In this document: positions 1-12,257 of the stretch, in pieces
How the letters are laid out: every line of letters starts with the position of its first letter
Position numbering within the stretch: position 1 is the first letter of the stretch
Assembly: GCA_003693705.1 (NCBI GenBank)
Contig: RBZT01000703.1
Coordinates: 1-64,000, forward strand
Source of the DNA: Polymyxa betae A26-41
Taxonomy: Eukaryota; Protista; Endomyxa: Phytomyxea
Direction: 5' to 3'
DNA length: 64,000 bases
Notes under the pieces: model-generated
Databases searched by the model: none
Told to the model about the DNA's origin: nothing
The model's input: the letters and a program-made list of their open reading frames with translations, nothing else
Translations under genes and position numbers: made by a program

Positions 1-53
1 TCATTAAACAAATTGACCCGTCATTTAATAAAAAGGCTCAAAAGGCACAAAAC

Positions 54-2772
54 GTGACCACAGATATCAAAGAAACTGTTGAACAGATCGCTGATCAGTT
101 TGAAGCCATTTTCGATCAAAAAGACGTAACACCTGATGAATACGAACAGCAAAAACTTCATGAAAATCTGGCATATTTGTCGCAGGGAATACACAGAGAG
201 CCAATGGCCCCAATTACTAAGAGCCAATTACTAAGAAAGAGATACGACAGGCGTTGAAAAGCGCAAATAACCGATCTGCACCAGGTCCGAATAGAATCTC
301 GAACAGAATTTTAAAAACTGTTTGCCAGAACGAATCCTTCTTCCAACTCTTGCACAATGCGATTAATCATCAGATTTTAGAAATAGGAACATATCCGAAA
401 GATCTCAAAACGGCCCGTATCGTCGCCTTGCCGAAACCCAAACCGGGAGAATTCCGACCGATTAGTCTATTAGACAGCATATCAAAGCTTACCGAGTACA
501 TAATACAGAATCGAATCAGAAATATCATCCAGCATAAACTTCCTCGCAATCAGTTTGGCTGCCGAACTGGTCATTCAACATCGCATGCTCTCATATGTTT
601 AATGCATTACTGTGGCACGAGTGCGGCCAACAATGAACAATTTGGATGCATTTTCTTTGATTTCACGAAAGCATATGATCGAGTCCCGAAACATATTTTA
701 GTTCAAAAAATGATCAATTTGGGAATTCCACCTCAATTAATCATGATTATCTATGATTGGTTAAGCGATAGAATATTCACAGTAGCACACAAAGGCTATA
801 CAACTAAAATCAGGCAGCAACAAAATGGAATCCCTCAAGGATCCAGCTTAAGCGTTTTACTGTGGCTAATTTTTGTCTATGACATGCCTCTTCCAGAAAG
901 CAACTCCAATATTTACGTAGATGATACAGTAGGCTGGGTCTCAGCGACTACAAAAGACGAAGTTACAAATGGATTAAAACTGCAGTTAGAAGGCATGGAA
1001 TCTTGGTGCCATCGAAACAAAATTAAGATAAACACAGATAAAACATTCGTACTATTCAATGAAAGTCATCCATCAGATAAAGTCACAACATCCACAAATA
1101 CAATCAAAACTGCGGAATCGATCAAATATTTGGGGGCCGAACTGATTGCAAACAAGGTCCAGTCACACTCCACATTTCAAATAACGTTACACAAACCTGC
1201 ACAAGAAATTATGAAACGATGTGCAGCGCTCAAAGCGTTGCGCAAATACCGCATTAGCCAAAAGATTTTTCAACAATTATGTCACTCTTTCATAGGAGGC
1301 AAACTCAACTATTACACAACATGGATTGGGGCTGAAATGCACAATACAGCCATTATGAAGCCCTTACAATCTGCTTTAATGAATACATGAGAACGTATAC
1401 TGGCTGCTTGAAATCAACTCCCATATCCCTACTGCATTCAATGTCCAAATTCCCTCTATTAACCGATAAAATCAGAACAGACACAACCATGGCGATTCTT
1501 ACAGCCATTTCGCGTAGCAATTTGATAGAGAAAGATTTCGAAATTTGGGACGGTTATGGAGAGAACTGGACCCCGTTTGGAATAGCTCAAGCCGCTTTTG
1601 ATTATCGCATCCCTAAACAATACATCGAAAACGGACAGATACACATTCATACACAGGAGATCATTCCCACAATATTACTCGAAGATATGAGTCAATGCAT
1701 CTTTCATTTGAGTACAAAGGAAGAAGCTCTGAGCAAATACAAAGCTGGAACATTAATTCCAGAATGCGACGGAATAATCCTCTGGACAGATGGTAGTCTA
1801 ACTAGAGACGAAGATACAGATGAGATATATTGCGGTGCAGCTTATAAAGCGCGATGGATTATACCACAAGATATTCTGTATGGCCCGGATTTCCCAACAG
1901 GGTCCACAAACCTCATAACTCACACTATCGACCCGGAAACCAATAAAGTTACTTCCTCAATCGAGGTCTGTGAGAGAATTCTCATCCCAGACGCTACATC
2001 AAGCTATGAGACAGAAATCATTGCCCTCCAGTATGGAATCGCAAACGTTTACAAACGGCTACGGCCGAAGAATCAGAAAATTCACATCTTTAGCGACTCT
2101 CTATCGTGTTTACAACAGCTTTCAACACTCCCATATAAACGACAATATGTCCACTCAGTTGTTAAAGACTGTGCAAAGAATCTTGCCAAACTCTGTGGAA
2201 CTGCACTTCGTTCCTAGTCATACAGAGCCGGCGATCCCGGAAAGCAACACTATCGACGAATTAGCAAAGGAGGCCGCACAATCTGGGGACCCAACCCAAC
2301 ACGATCCTTTACTAAGCTCATATCGTTTATATTTGAAGAAACATACCCGAGCTAGACTACAGAGATGCCTCGAGACAAATGTTAAATTGAGTCAATTTAA
2401 TGATTATCCACAGACATCTCCATTCATGATCGATAAATATCTTGTGCAAACACGACCCCAGAGAATATTTATAAAAAAATTCAACACAACAGACCTCTAT
2501 TAAATAGAGCACGTACTGGTCACACCAGATGTAAAGCCCATCTAAAGAATTTGGGCATTGAAACAGACGATAAATGGCGATTCTGCTTAAACAAGCGCGA
2601 AACACTCGAGCACCTATTAATCAAATGCTCAAAACTGAAACGCTCGCTATCTAAGCATCGAGCAAAATACAAAGCAGCTAAAATACAAAACTTTAACGAC
2701 GCTCTATGGACACATAGCAAAATAATGGCGAAATTTTTGCGCAAAACAACGAAAGCTGGCTGTGAGATATAA
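54..2772 (+). pseudogene. Frameshifted LINE ORF2 (RT-RNase H-CCHC) broken into five pieces
   Basis: ORF pieces 54-257, 254-1390, 1387-2217, 1970-2503 and 2551-2772 switch frames; the first break coincides with a 14-bp tandem duplication (ccaattactaaga at 210-222 and 224-236). Confidence 0.85.
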
Positions 2773-3060
2773 CCGCGATTATACTGAAAGCTGGGAAACC
2801 AGCAGGGGATCTCGACAGCCTTTTGAAGGTACAGGGTTCAACTCCCTGTAGGATTGGGCCAACAGGTGGCTGCCTTCACTGTCAAAGTCTCTAAGTCCTC
2901 TGTAGGGCTGAAATACGATTATCATTCATGGGCTGAATTATCTCCGAAAATACTAAGTAGGAGAACCTGGACCTCGGTTCAGGCCCCGCACTAGGGTTAT
3001 TGTGCCGCCCACTCTGCCGAAAGGTGCGAACAAATAGTGCAATCCAATCCAATCCAATCC
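2773..3060 (+). ncRNA. Highly structured LINE 3' UTR (predicted cis-acting RNA)
   Basis: GCTGG-GAAA-CCAGC 2790-2803; TGAAGGTA/TGCCTTCA 2824-2831/2871-2878 enclosing CAGGG-TTCAACT-CCCTG and GCCA-N5-TGGC; AGTCCT/AGGGCT 2894-2909; TCTCC/GGAGA 2941-2964; CCTGGAC/GTTCAGG 2966-2983; GCAC/GTGC 2988-3005; stems covary with the copy at 62537-62688. Confidence 0.6.
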
Positions 3061-4560
3061 GTGACAGCAGTGTGAGCTAATTCCGTGAGGTATTTCACCA
3101 AATAGCTGAGTACATGGTTAACATCGACTATTGATTCATCTACCGGTAGTTCAACACTCTCTTGATTTAATATATCATCACTCCAACCTGTTCTGATCCA
3201 TAAAATATGGCAATTTACTGTGTTCGCATTCTTTCATCTTGTCATGAGAGAATTCTGCTCAATGTCTGTAAGCAAGTTGTTTGGCTTCTTGAAGTTTATA
3301 AAAGTCACTTGCTCACTGTTGGAGTTGACAGACTCCGTGCGATCGCGTGCTATCGATCGGTAAGACATGAGGTTAGGCCCCATCTAACGCATGCTCTCAT
3401 GGCAGTAGGGCTATCTTGACGCTTTCCCCGACTCTGTTACGTTACCAAGTAGAACCTCAAGTTCTAACACTCACAACGCACATTTTCAATCGTTAGTGCT
3501 CATCCTTTCCATTATTAATTCGGAATCGAATGCAGATTTCACCCTCAGCCTTTAGCGTCTTGGGCTCGGCTGCAATGATAAATGTCGGCGCTGCCTGGGC
3601 GGTATCGCCTGACGCCGTTCAGTATACAAAAGTTAACGAATGAAAACAAAAGGGATTGATCGGTAAATGAGAATAAGTCGCCAACATTGGCAATTGATGA
3701 TGTTGTTGGGATACTCACTTCTAGTCCAAGGAAAATCCCATTCATGTTGCATGTAAGAAGATGCTTGCTAATTGAAGATTGGATTTCCATGTTTTCCTAT
3801 TGCACCACTAAGAGTCTGAGTTTCTATTTCCAATATTAACATTGCAATCATGTTATCAGATGGGTCCAAGACGTAACAACCTATAACAATCAATGGCGCA
3901 GCTGCGAATGTTAAAGCGATCAGTTCTAAGGTTAGATTAAGAACAATGTTAATCAGCTCTGACATACTAACGTCATTCCCAGATTGTTTCTCTATCTTGC
4001 TATTGCCATTTACTTGACGTCATGACGTGTGAGCATGAGAGCGCTGTTCGCTATTGCCATTTACACTGTCAGTTTAAGATTTCATGAATTACTGCCACAG
4101 AATGGCTTACATGACGAATATTGGTTTAGGCCATGACTTTTAGTCTACCAAGACCAAATTGAAACACACATCAGTACCCTCGTTTACCTGAAATGTTTCA
4201 AATGAAATGATATCGTGAGCTGTTAGCTATCAAAACCGGGTTTCAGATCGAGTATGGCACTATCGCTATGGATGCAGCCGTTTAGTCTCGTTGCAACCAA
4301 AGGTTAGTTATGGAAGGTGTATCTATGCATCAGAACTTTCAAAGTTTATACAATATGTACATGATTTCCTGAACACACCAAAAACATTTCTGTCATAATA
4401 GAAATTTTGCGTCGACAAGGAACTGGTCTGTATAGTATTTCTGAGATGTATTTTAGTATCGATATATGAGTTCTTTCGTAAAATTATGGATGCAGAGACG
4501 TTCATTCATTCCTCGACTACGATTCATATTTTGGCATGAAGCAGAATGAACTTGATATAT

Positions 4561-5709
4561 TTAATAGCGACATGGATCCATGGTGATGACGAATTCCTTC
4601 ATTCTTTCGGGAAATAATTCGGACTCAGAACAGTCCAAAACGGGAAAGTTACATAACTGGGATGAAATGACGTCGTCCAAAACATCAACAAGAAAGTCAA
4701 AAACAATCTGAGCTCTGTGAGCGATCGGGCGATCGAGACTTATCTTCAGGTAGATGCGGCATTGTCTGTAGAGACGGTCATGAAAATAAGAGTTTTTGTA
4801 AACGACTCCGTTAATGATTTCATAAAATCCTTGTAAAATGTAGAAAGCTTCGCCGATTAGTTCTGTTCGCTTGTAAAAAAGTGCCCGCAGGCGAAGTTTA
4901 GCAATCTCATATGTGATCACAGCTTTGGAAAACTGGGATGTTAGCATCCACAATTTGTCCCAGAGAATCGTGTCAGAGAAGTGGAGCCTTCGGCGGGCGC
5001 GCTCTGCATCAACACCATCCTGCAAATATTGAAGTGCGAACTCGAAAATTTCAATATAATGAGAAAGCGCAATCTTCTGAAGAGCGATACCAGTCACCCG
5101 AAAGCCTTTCTCTTTGAAGAAATATTTCAAAACATCATATTGTTCGTAACGTCCACAGATCTGGCTGACAGTACGTTCCATTTCTTTCTGAGTAATGTGA
5201 GGATATCTGGGATCTTCCCATAATGGATCTGCTGGAAGTTTGCTCACGAAATCGCGAGGACCGAATTGGATTCCGACAGGGAATTTCACCGTATCATGTG
5301 ATGGAAATAGAGGAAATATATCATCACAAAGATCACGAACTAATTGGAGCTTTTCGCTCAAATGTAGATTCGAATAGATCGTATTGGTTAGTATTTCCGA
5401 TCTTCTTTGTGACCAACCATCACCATGATACTGGTCCTCATCATCTGAGTCGTCAACCTCATAACAAACAGGCCGACAACCTGAATTCATTAGAAGAGTG
5501 GGACTACATGCCAGCACGTATTTCTTGAAGAAATCGAAATGTTTCGTGCTAAGAGCTTGGTTGGCAACAGAGCTGTAATAAATCATTCCACCAAATTTCT
5601 GATGAATTAGCTCAATAAGCTCGCAATCACCACGTTCAGCAGCTTGCAAGAAGATCCGTTCAGCAGCCAGGATCTCATACTGTTGGAGGTCAACACCATC
5701 AGGGAACAT
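4561..5709 (-). CDS. Intronless hypothetical protein with degenerate ankyrin-like repeats
   Basis: 382-aa ORF; FLQAAERGDCELIELIHQK and ICGRYEQYDVLKYF resemble ankyrin helix-turn-helix units. Confidence 0.5.
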   Translation of the reverse strand: MFPDGVDLQQYEILAAERIFLQAAERGDCELIELIHQKFGGMIYYSSVANQALSTKHFDFFKKYVLACSPTLLMNSGCRPVCYEVDDSDDEDQYHGDGWSQRRSEILTNTIYSNLHLSEKLQLVRDLCDDIFPLFPSHDTVKFPVGIQFGPRDFVSKLPADPLWEDPRYPHITQKEMERTVSQICGRYEQYDVLKYFFKEKGFRVTGIALQKIALSHYIEIFEFALQYLQDGVDAERARRRLHFSDTILWDKLWMLTSQFSKAVITYEIAKLRLRALFYKRTELIGEAFYILQGFYEIINGVVYKNSYFHDRLYRQCRIYLKISLDRPIAHRAQIVFDFLVDVLDDVISSQLCNFPVLDCSESELFPERMKEFVITMDPCRY

Positions 5710-5942
5710 GCACTACCGGTAGTCCAAAGAATCAGCACGATAGCACAGATTACAACATTTACTCCGGTAGCAAATGATGTTCATGATATGAAGCGAAATG
5801 GCGCAAAAGTCACTCTTGAATTATAGAGGTCAAATGATGCGGAGGAAAATACCGTCACGCATGATATTTTGCGGATATAGGGAATTGAGTAATAGCGGAT
5901 GAAATGCGCGGGAGGCCCGAAGCTTCCTTCAATGGTTGCAGT

Positions 5943-7225
5943 TCAAAATGTCGGTTCCCCAGGTACGGTAGTAGCCGGTGCTGGCGCTCGTTGCTCAGTA
6001 AAATGGCGTTGGCCCAGAAATGTGAGGCGGAGCTGCTCGATCAGGTTCATCCTGCTCTGAAGACATTTTCGAAATCGATAAAAAAACGCATCTCGAGTCG
6101 AAATAGGCAACGTGTTTTGTAATTCGATCGAAACTTTTACTGGATGATTACTGGGGACCCCCAAATTATCCATCGAAAATGTTGGAATCTCCTTCGACAA
6201 GTTCAGCAGCGCTTCAAGAGTAAGTTTAGAAGGAGAATCGGTAGAGTCAGCAAATAGTTTTTTTGCGTCGTCGATGTACGTCCGATCAGAGCGGCCTGAG
6301 GGCGTTCGAGAGTAAGCTTGCCCCAAACATCCGACATATTTAAACTTCTTAAATGTTTTCACTGGTAAAAACAGCAAATGAAAGCAACTTGTTGAGTGTG
6401 GTCAAAAATTGATCTATAACAAGCATCGGTTTCCGGCATTTCGCCATTAAACTGGCTGTCGATTATATAGAAATACACACCATTTAAGACGCAAAGAGAA
6501 CGAATCGATCCAGTAGAAACGGATCCAAAGGAATCTCGCTGTTCATCTGTGCAGATTAGAGGGTGCTTTCAGAGAAATCTTCAATCTGGTATATCATCTT
6601 TTTAATGGCTTAATGCTTATACTGTAGTGTATGATGTGACAATAGGTGGGTCACTGAGACTTATGAAGACCCTGAAACAGTTAGTTACTTTCATCGACAA
6701 TGTCATATCATGTAACGTGCGCTGATGCAGAATGCGTTTCAACTCTGTAACAGTTGCAATTACAGTGTAATTGCAACTGATAATAATCCTCCAGGTGTTT
6801 TATGTATATTCCTGATCTGTTTAAAAAATTCAGCGCAAGATCTCGGCAGCTGTTGCATGGATCCAAATATCGCATCTCCTCCACTCAGGATCCGCGCAGA
6901 CATCCCACAATGATGCAAAACCAAGAAAAATTGCTAAGACGTTATTCATTGCAGATTCAGACTATGAACCTGACTAACGAAAGTGATATTCCCTCTTGCC
7001 AAAGAACCTTGATGCTAAAATCCCATTCCTACGCGAACAGGCGGTGATAAAAAATGTAATCATCTTGCAATATAGTGATGGAGATGTATCGCAGCTCGTA
7101 CATCCCAAAGCTCAATTCCACGATTTTTCCGGTTTCCCTTTCTGGGTAACTGAGAGCTTGTGACGATGAGAAAACTTACGACAACGAGAGGACAGAGCGC
7201 CCGTGGTCCGCCTCATTTGAGCCTG
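5943..7225 (-). CDS. Multi-exon hypothetical protein; structure uncertain
   Basis: 144-aa terminal ORF at 5943-6377 with plausible upstream GT-AG exons; no recognisable domain. Confidence 0.25.
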
Positions 7226-7584
7226 AAAAGTTGAAGGTCTATGATCGTCATGCATTCGTCCTTTTCTGATCTGTATCGTCTGCTGACAATCACTATGAAA
7301 TATAACCGCGAAATCCTCTAACTTGGAGACAATCTGAGCAAACTAACCCGAATCACTCAAAATTATGCTCTGCGTCACATAGAAAGGGGGAATTGCAAGG
7401 AAGTTCGAGTTTAATATCAACCGAACAGGACAGTGAGGTTAACAGTAAGATTTTGGCAATATGATCGTGATAAGAGTAGTGGAATAGAACGGATTTTGAA
7501 ACATGAAGTTAAGAATATATCGTGATCAAAAAGAAAGAGTTCTTGGAGAAAGGATTCTTTGGTTCCGACGAACATTAATTTCGT

Positions 7585-9418
7585 CTAATAGAAAACGGAA
7601 CTGTACAGATCCGGGTCCAGAATCCGCGGGGATGCAATCCCAAAACCAACAATTCCCAGCAAATAGGCAAATGCGATCAAAAAGCGTCGGGATCGGTTTG
7701 AATCCGAGATCCACGACAGGTCCGGGAATCCCATAACGTTGCAGAACGCATGCACCACAAAACATGAGAGGAAATTGCCTACAGAGCATATCAGGCAGGA
7801 TAAATAGAGAGAGAAGTCCAAAGGAGCAAATATTAGCAGGGCCCAGCGAATTTGATTAAGATTTGAAGAGCGAAACTGGAAAATTTACAAACCAGAAATT
7901 CCGTTGAATACGTTTGTTGTCTTGAGTGAGCCAAATACGCAAAGAACGTTTCAAGTATACAAACGAACAGCAAACGAAATACCTGTCCGAAAGAAAACCA
8001 GGCTAGCAAAGACGCCGAAGACGCAGGTGTACGATAGCTGGAACAGTACGACCAGCAATGCTGTACGTAATGACATGCCTACAGGTTGACCTCAGTCCTG
8101 GAGGTGATGTTGACGTATGAAACGAACGACAGCACCTTGCACATGTATCAGATCCAGAATATGGTGCAGATGCGCTACATAGCAACACACACGGGTCAAT
8201 ACGAAGGGTTCGCCCATGAACAAGGAAACATACAGATTCCGAATATAGCTGGAGGAATCAAGGAGGATGCCAGGAGCCCCCAACCAGTACCGAACATCAG
8301 ACTGCACATACAGGAGCGAAACACCTGATAGGCACCATGCAAATCAGCAGCAACTCTCACTGGATATAGGGAAGATAAAATGAAAATTCGGTAAACAGTT
8401 GCATAACATGTTTAGCCAAAAACAGCTACGTAACGGGTCATGAAAGAGGGAGCGATTCGTTCTCGGAAAGAACTATGCAGAAGCAGAAATTTTGCAGATG
8501 CGAAAGCTTTACCATCAAACAAATAAACAGCCTTAGAAAAACATAAAGCGAAGTTCACTGTTAGACAATGCAAGAATAGTAAAAAGGCCTGTAAATAGAT
8601 TGTCAAAAGTCGTCAGGCTAGATAATTACCCATTCTTCAGCAAATGGGCCAACAATAATTGCCCTCAAATTGTGAATTTTCTTAGATGACGAGGTCAGAT
8701 CAGCGACCAGGCACGAACACCATTTCCGAAACGATGGGTACTCGAGATACTCCTGAGCAAAGGTTCAATGGCTGAGATGTTAGTTTTGAAGGTAATCAGT
8801 ACCTGGACTAACGGTCCAAAGAATAGCAGCATTGTTAACAGCAATGATAACAATGGAGATAGCAGCCAGGATGCAGGCGAGAGGTTGTTGGGAAGTCCAA
8901 GCCATGAAAGTATCCCGGGCTCTGTAATGGAGAATTAGCATGCTATTGAACTTATGTGAGGTATCGGACAGCTGATAAACGAAACAGCAAGAGAAAACCC
9001 TTTAAAAATCGGATTAACATTCTAAGCAGGGGATCCAAGAAAATGAGCTTCGATCAACTTTGGGGAAACCGAGACCCGGTCGAGCATTCAACAAGATCAT
9101 TTAGGAAAATACTCGAAATTCAGAAAAAGCGTTATCTTGAATCAATAAAGTGACGTTGTAAGACATCATGGCCTTGAAGTTGGGCAAAACTTAAAGCTTA
9201 AAACAATACCAACCTCGTTGATGTTCTGTAGCACAGGCAACCAGGGCCAGAGGCGACAGAAACGAGACGGTCAGAACAGCGGCGATGCGTCGGCGAATGA
9301 CATCAGGCCGATCCCTGGGGCCTCTACCGAACACGTACAGGGACGCCACGAAGACGAATGCCAGGAAGAGGTTTAGCCCGAATCCCACCGTTCGAGAGCA
9401 TCGCTCTCCCAATAACAT
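7585..9418 (-). CDS. RCE1: CAAX prenyl protease 2 (Rce1), multi-exon
   Basis: Exons give RDRPDVIRRRI, IVGPFAEEW|VFRSCM, IFGI|AHLHH, FQLSYTCVFG and VHAFCNVMGFP, matching the EExxFR, HxxH and HxxCN catalytic motifs of Rce1. Confidence 0.88.
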
Positions 9419-10086
9419 ATCTGGATAGACACGCACCAAAACCCGCACAGAACCGCCTTAATCGATCAATTTAAGATCTGCAGGCGACATTATAGTCACA
9501 TCTGGGGTTGGATACGGTGCCCACCATAGCTGATTATAAAATATTATAAGAATGAGAGTGAGAGAAGCATCAAACTTCTTTCAATTTTAATAAAACGAAA
9601 AGGCGAACCAAATAGTGCGATACAGTCACGCATAATTTTTAGTCAACGGACGCACTTTGTTTACTTGAAACAGTGACAAGGTGCGTGAGCATGCCAGCAG
9701 GTCCCATAATGGATACCGATGTTGCATTAAGCATATAAGGATTGCGCAACGCCGATCTCTGGTTATCCTTGCACAGGAGGCAATATCGCATCAAATGAGG
9801 TGTAAACCGATGAGCGATTTTTGCTAATTGAAAACTATTCCGAACCCCCAGTTCGGCCACCTCTGCTTGCAAGTGGCCAACTGAATTTCTGGACCCATCT
9901 TGGTTGCTATCCATACCAGCCAAATCCATCTCATAATCAATACGAATTCTTCAACCTATCTGTAATGTTACATCTTCCCTCAATCAAGGGAGGCGCTGTG
10001 ATGAGAGCAGTGTGCGCAGCCTTCTCTATGCTCATAGATCGATGGCTTTATGTTAAGGATATGAGGGTGGATGTCAGTTTGAAGAG

Positions 10087-10955
10087 ATGACGCCGACGAT
10101 CACTTTTTACTATGACGTAATCAGCCCATATTCGTTCCTGGCGTTCCGGCAGCTAGAGCTCCTGCAGAAGCAATGGCCAAACGTCGTCGTCGAATATCGC
10201 CCTGTGCAGATTTTCTTTATAGTAAAGGTTGCTTCGTTTATAATGAAAACCTCTTAATCTGAATTCTTATCCTTGTGCCCATTCTTTTTCGAGCCAACTT
10301 ATCCGTCGCGATATAGTTTGGAAGTTTTTATCTCGGTTTCTTAAACATTCTTATTTTTATGTGGTTCGGTTCTGTCAGCACTTTAAAACTTTTTTGGGTG
10401 TAAGTTGAATCAAACGATTTTTGATCCATCTAAAATCGTACTTCACAGTCTGCCAAAAACATTGCCCCTGGGTCGGTCGTCGCCAAGCTCAAATGGATCT
10501 TAAAAGATCTTCAGCGCGCTGCGAGCGACCTCGGAATCTCTGATCTCAAAATGCCGTCGAAATTATTTCAAACACGAACAGCTCTGCTGATTTTAACAGC
10601 GCTTCGTAACAATCCGTTCTATCTTATCAAGGCTACATCTAGAATCTACGACGCCATCTTTATCAACGCCCAATTCAAGGATACATTTCCAGCTTTGAAA
10701 GAAATTCTTCGCGATGTCCTTCCCGCTGATGTGCTGAACAAGGCGATCGAATCAGCGCAAACGGAATCGGTTGCTGCCATGCTGCAGCAGACTAACGAAG
10801 AGGCGTTGTCAAAAGGCGCCTTCGGCCTGCCAACCCTGATAGTTCGTTCGCAGGGCGGCCCAGACGAATTCTTTTTCGGCAATGATCGATGGCATCATAT
10901 CGCTCAGGTCTTACGTCAGCCTTGGCCTGTAAATTCGATTAAATCGAATCTATAG
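10087..10955 (+). CDS. GSTK1: Glutathione S-transferase kappa / HCCA isomerase (DsbA-like), 2 exons
   Basis: MTPTITFYYDVISPYSFLAF N-terminal motif; EEALSKGAFGLPT...FFGNDR C-terminal motif. Confidence 0.88.
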
Positions 10956-11033
10956 AGCGAAATGTAAGAAAGGCTGATGTTAATAAATTAATAAGTTTTT
11001 ATTGGTCTAGCTAAGTCCAGGCCATGCGGTTAT

Positions 11034-11457
11034 TTACATTTGTTGTTGGCGAGTTTGTTGTGGCTGCTGTTGTTGAAACTCCTGCCATTGCTGGACACGA
11101 CGGCGTTGCTGCTCGTCCAGCTCTCGCTGACGCAGTTTCTGCTGCTGAATCTGGAACTCGTATTGACGGTCGATCTGCTGCTGGCGCAGATTCTGCTGCT
11201 GTTGCTGTTGTTGTTGTTGCTGGCGCAGATTCTGCTGCTGTTGCTGTTGTTGTTGTTGCTGGCGCTGTTGTTGTTGTTGCTGTTGAAGTGGTCGTGAGAC
11301 CTGCTGCTGCTGGATCTGTTGGAATGACGGTTGGCGCTGCACGCGTTGTTGCGATTCAAAGGAAATCGATGGCTGCTGCTGGTAGCGTTGCTGCTGCTGC
11401 TGTTGCTGCTGCTGTTGCTGTTGGGGTTGCCGTCGCTGCTGCTGTTGCTGCTGTGGT

Positions 11458-11489
<32 letters not shown>

Positions 11490-12143
11490 CTGTGATACAA
11501 ACATTAAGTATTGAAGAATATCAACCCAACATCATAAAAAAATCAGGTGTGATTAGGATGGAATTTGTCAAAAAGATAAAGCACAATACATCATACCGGG
11601 CGACGGTTCTGTTGCTGACGGAGTTGGGCGTCGATTTCAGCAGCCCATTTGGCTCCAATAGCCTCCTGTTTAGCACGGATCTGGGCGTTCATTTCAGCGG
11701 CCCATTGCGCTCCAATTCGTTCCTGCTGGGCACGAAGTTCGGCCTCCTCCTACCAACATTCACTCAGGGTTTGGGCATCCATGAAACGAAGTCGTCACCT
11801 TGGCGGATCGTTGGCGACGTTGCTGTTTGGAACGCGGACTGGACAGCGAGCTGGACGCCTTGCGTTTCGGGCTGGACGGCAGCTGCTGGAGGGCGAGTGC
11901 TGGCAAGGATCCGGTGATGGAACGAGTCAAGACCATTGTTGTTGTTGGGCGATGGAGGGGAGTACGACGAAGGAAGATCTGTCTCAAATTGAGGTTCGCG
12001 TTCAGAATGAAGACGACGACGAGGTCGGACCGCCCTTCGACCAGGGCGGCGGGGTCTTGAGTCAACCCCCTGACGGGGAGGCGCGTGCCCACCCTGTCAG
12101 GGTACGCCTCAAAATGACGTTGACGCTGGTCATACTGGACCAT
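11034..12143 (-). CDS. Glutamine-rich (polyQ) hypothetical protein, about 3 exons
   Basis: Exon 1 ends QRRQRSAK; exon 2 is EEAELRAQQERIGAQWAAEMNAQIRAKQEAIGAKWAAEIDAQLRQQQNRRP (tandem internal repeat); exon 3 is a CAG/CAA-rich polyQ tract; GT-AG introns. Confidence 0.55.
11040..11492. repeat. CAG/CAA trinucleotide (polyQ) low-complexity repeat with a duplicated QQQQQQQQQNLRQ unit
   Basis: (ctg/ttg)n runs on the + strand. Confidence 0.9.
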
Positions 12144-12232
12144 CCCTGCTCTGCCCGCCCGACAGGTTCGATATCGTCGCTAGAAGGATGCCGTTTGTAA
12201 GATGCTGTGATGTCTTTATTCGAAATCGCACG

Positions 12233-12257
12233 TTTTGGGTTTTAGGTTTTAGGGTTT
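12233..12257 (+). repeat. Interstitial telomere-like repeat overlapping the SUN stop codon
   Basis: TTTTGGG TTTTAGG TTTTAGGG TTT. Confidence 0.65.

Larger units (their letters stand above)
1..3060 (+). mobile_element. Non-LTR retrotransposon (LINE, RNase H-containing I/Ingi/Tad1-like group); 5' part lies outside the window; ends in an (AATCC)4 tail
   Basis: RT motifs SAPGPNRI, FRPISLL, QFGCR, DFTKAYD, GIPQGS, YVDD, YLG; RNase H motifs WTDGS, E(T)EIIAL, SDS, HFVPSH, NTIDELAK; C-terminal RTGH...WRFC...ETLEHLLIKC zinc-knuckle-like motif; ~290-nt 3' UTR; AATCC x4 at 3041-3060. Confidence 0.93.

Noticed and set aside
254-1390. Retron, group II intron, DGR or telomerase-type RT
   Set aside because: RT followed by RNase H, a zinc-knuckle-like motif and a microsatellite tail is diagnostic of a LINE
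54-2772. Programmed frameshifting or RNA editing of the LINE ORF
   Set aside because: Shifts are irregular and one is explained by a 14-bp duplication; decay or assembly error is simpler
2830-2850. tRNA gene suggested by the GGTTCAACTCC B-box/T-arm
   Set aside because: No acceptor, D or anticodon arms at tRNA spacing; kept only as part of the 3' UTR structure
2929-3040. HDV-like ribozyme topology in the LINE 3' UTR (GCACTA/TAGTGC as P2, CGAA as J4/2)
   Set aside because: No L3 TCC / P1.1 GG, and the P2 pairing is not conserved in the copy at 62537-62688
11024-11917. Ala/Val-rich 297-aa ORF and the poly-Leu and poly-Ser ORFs
   Set aside because: Alternative frames of the CAG/CAA repeat; splice signals support the minus-strand polyQ frame
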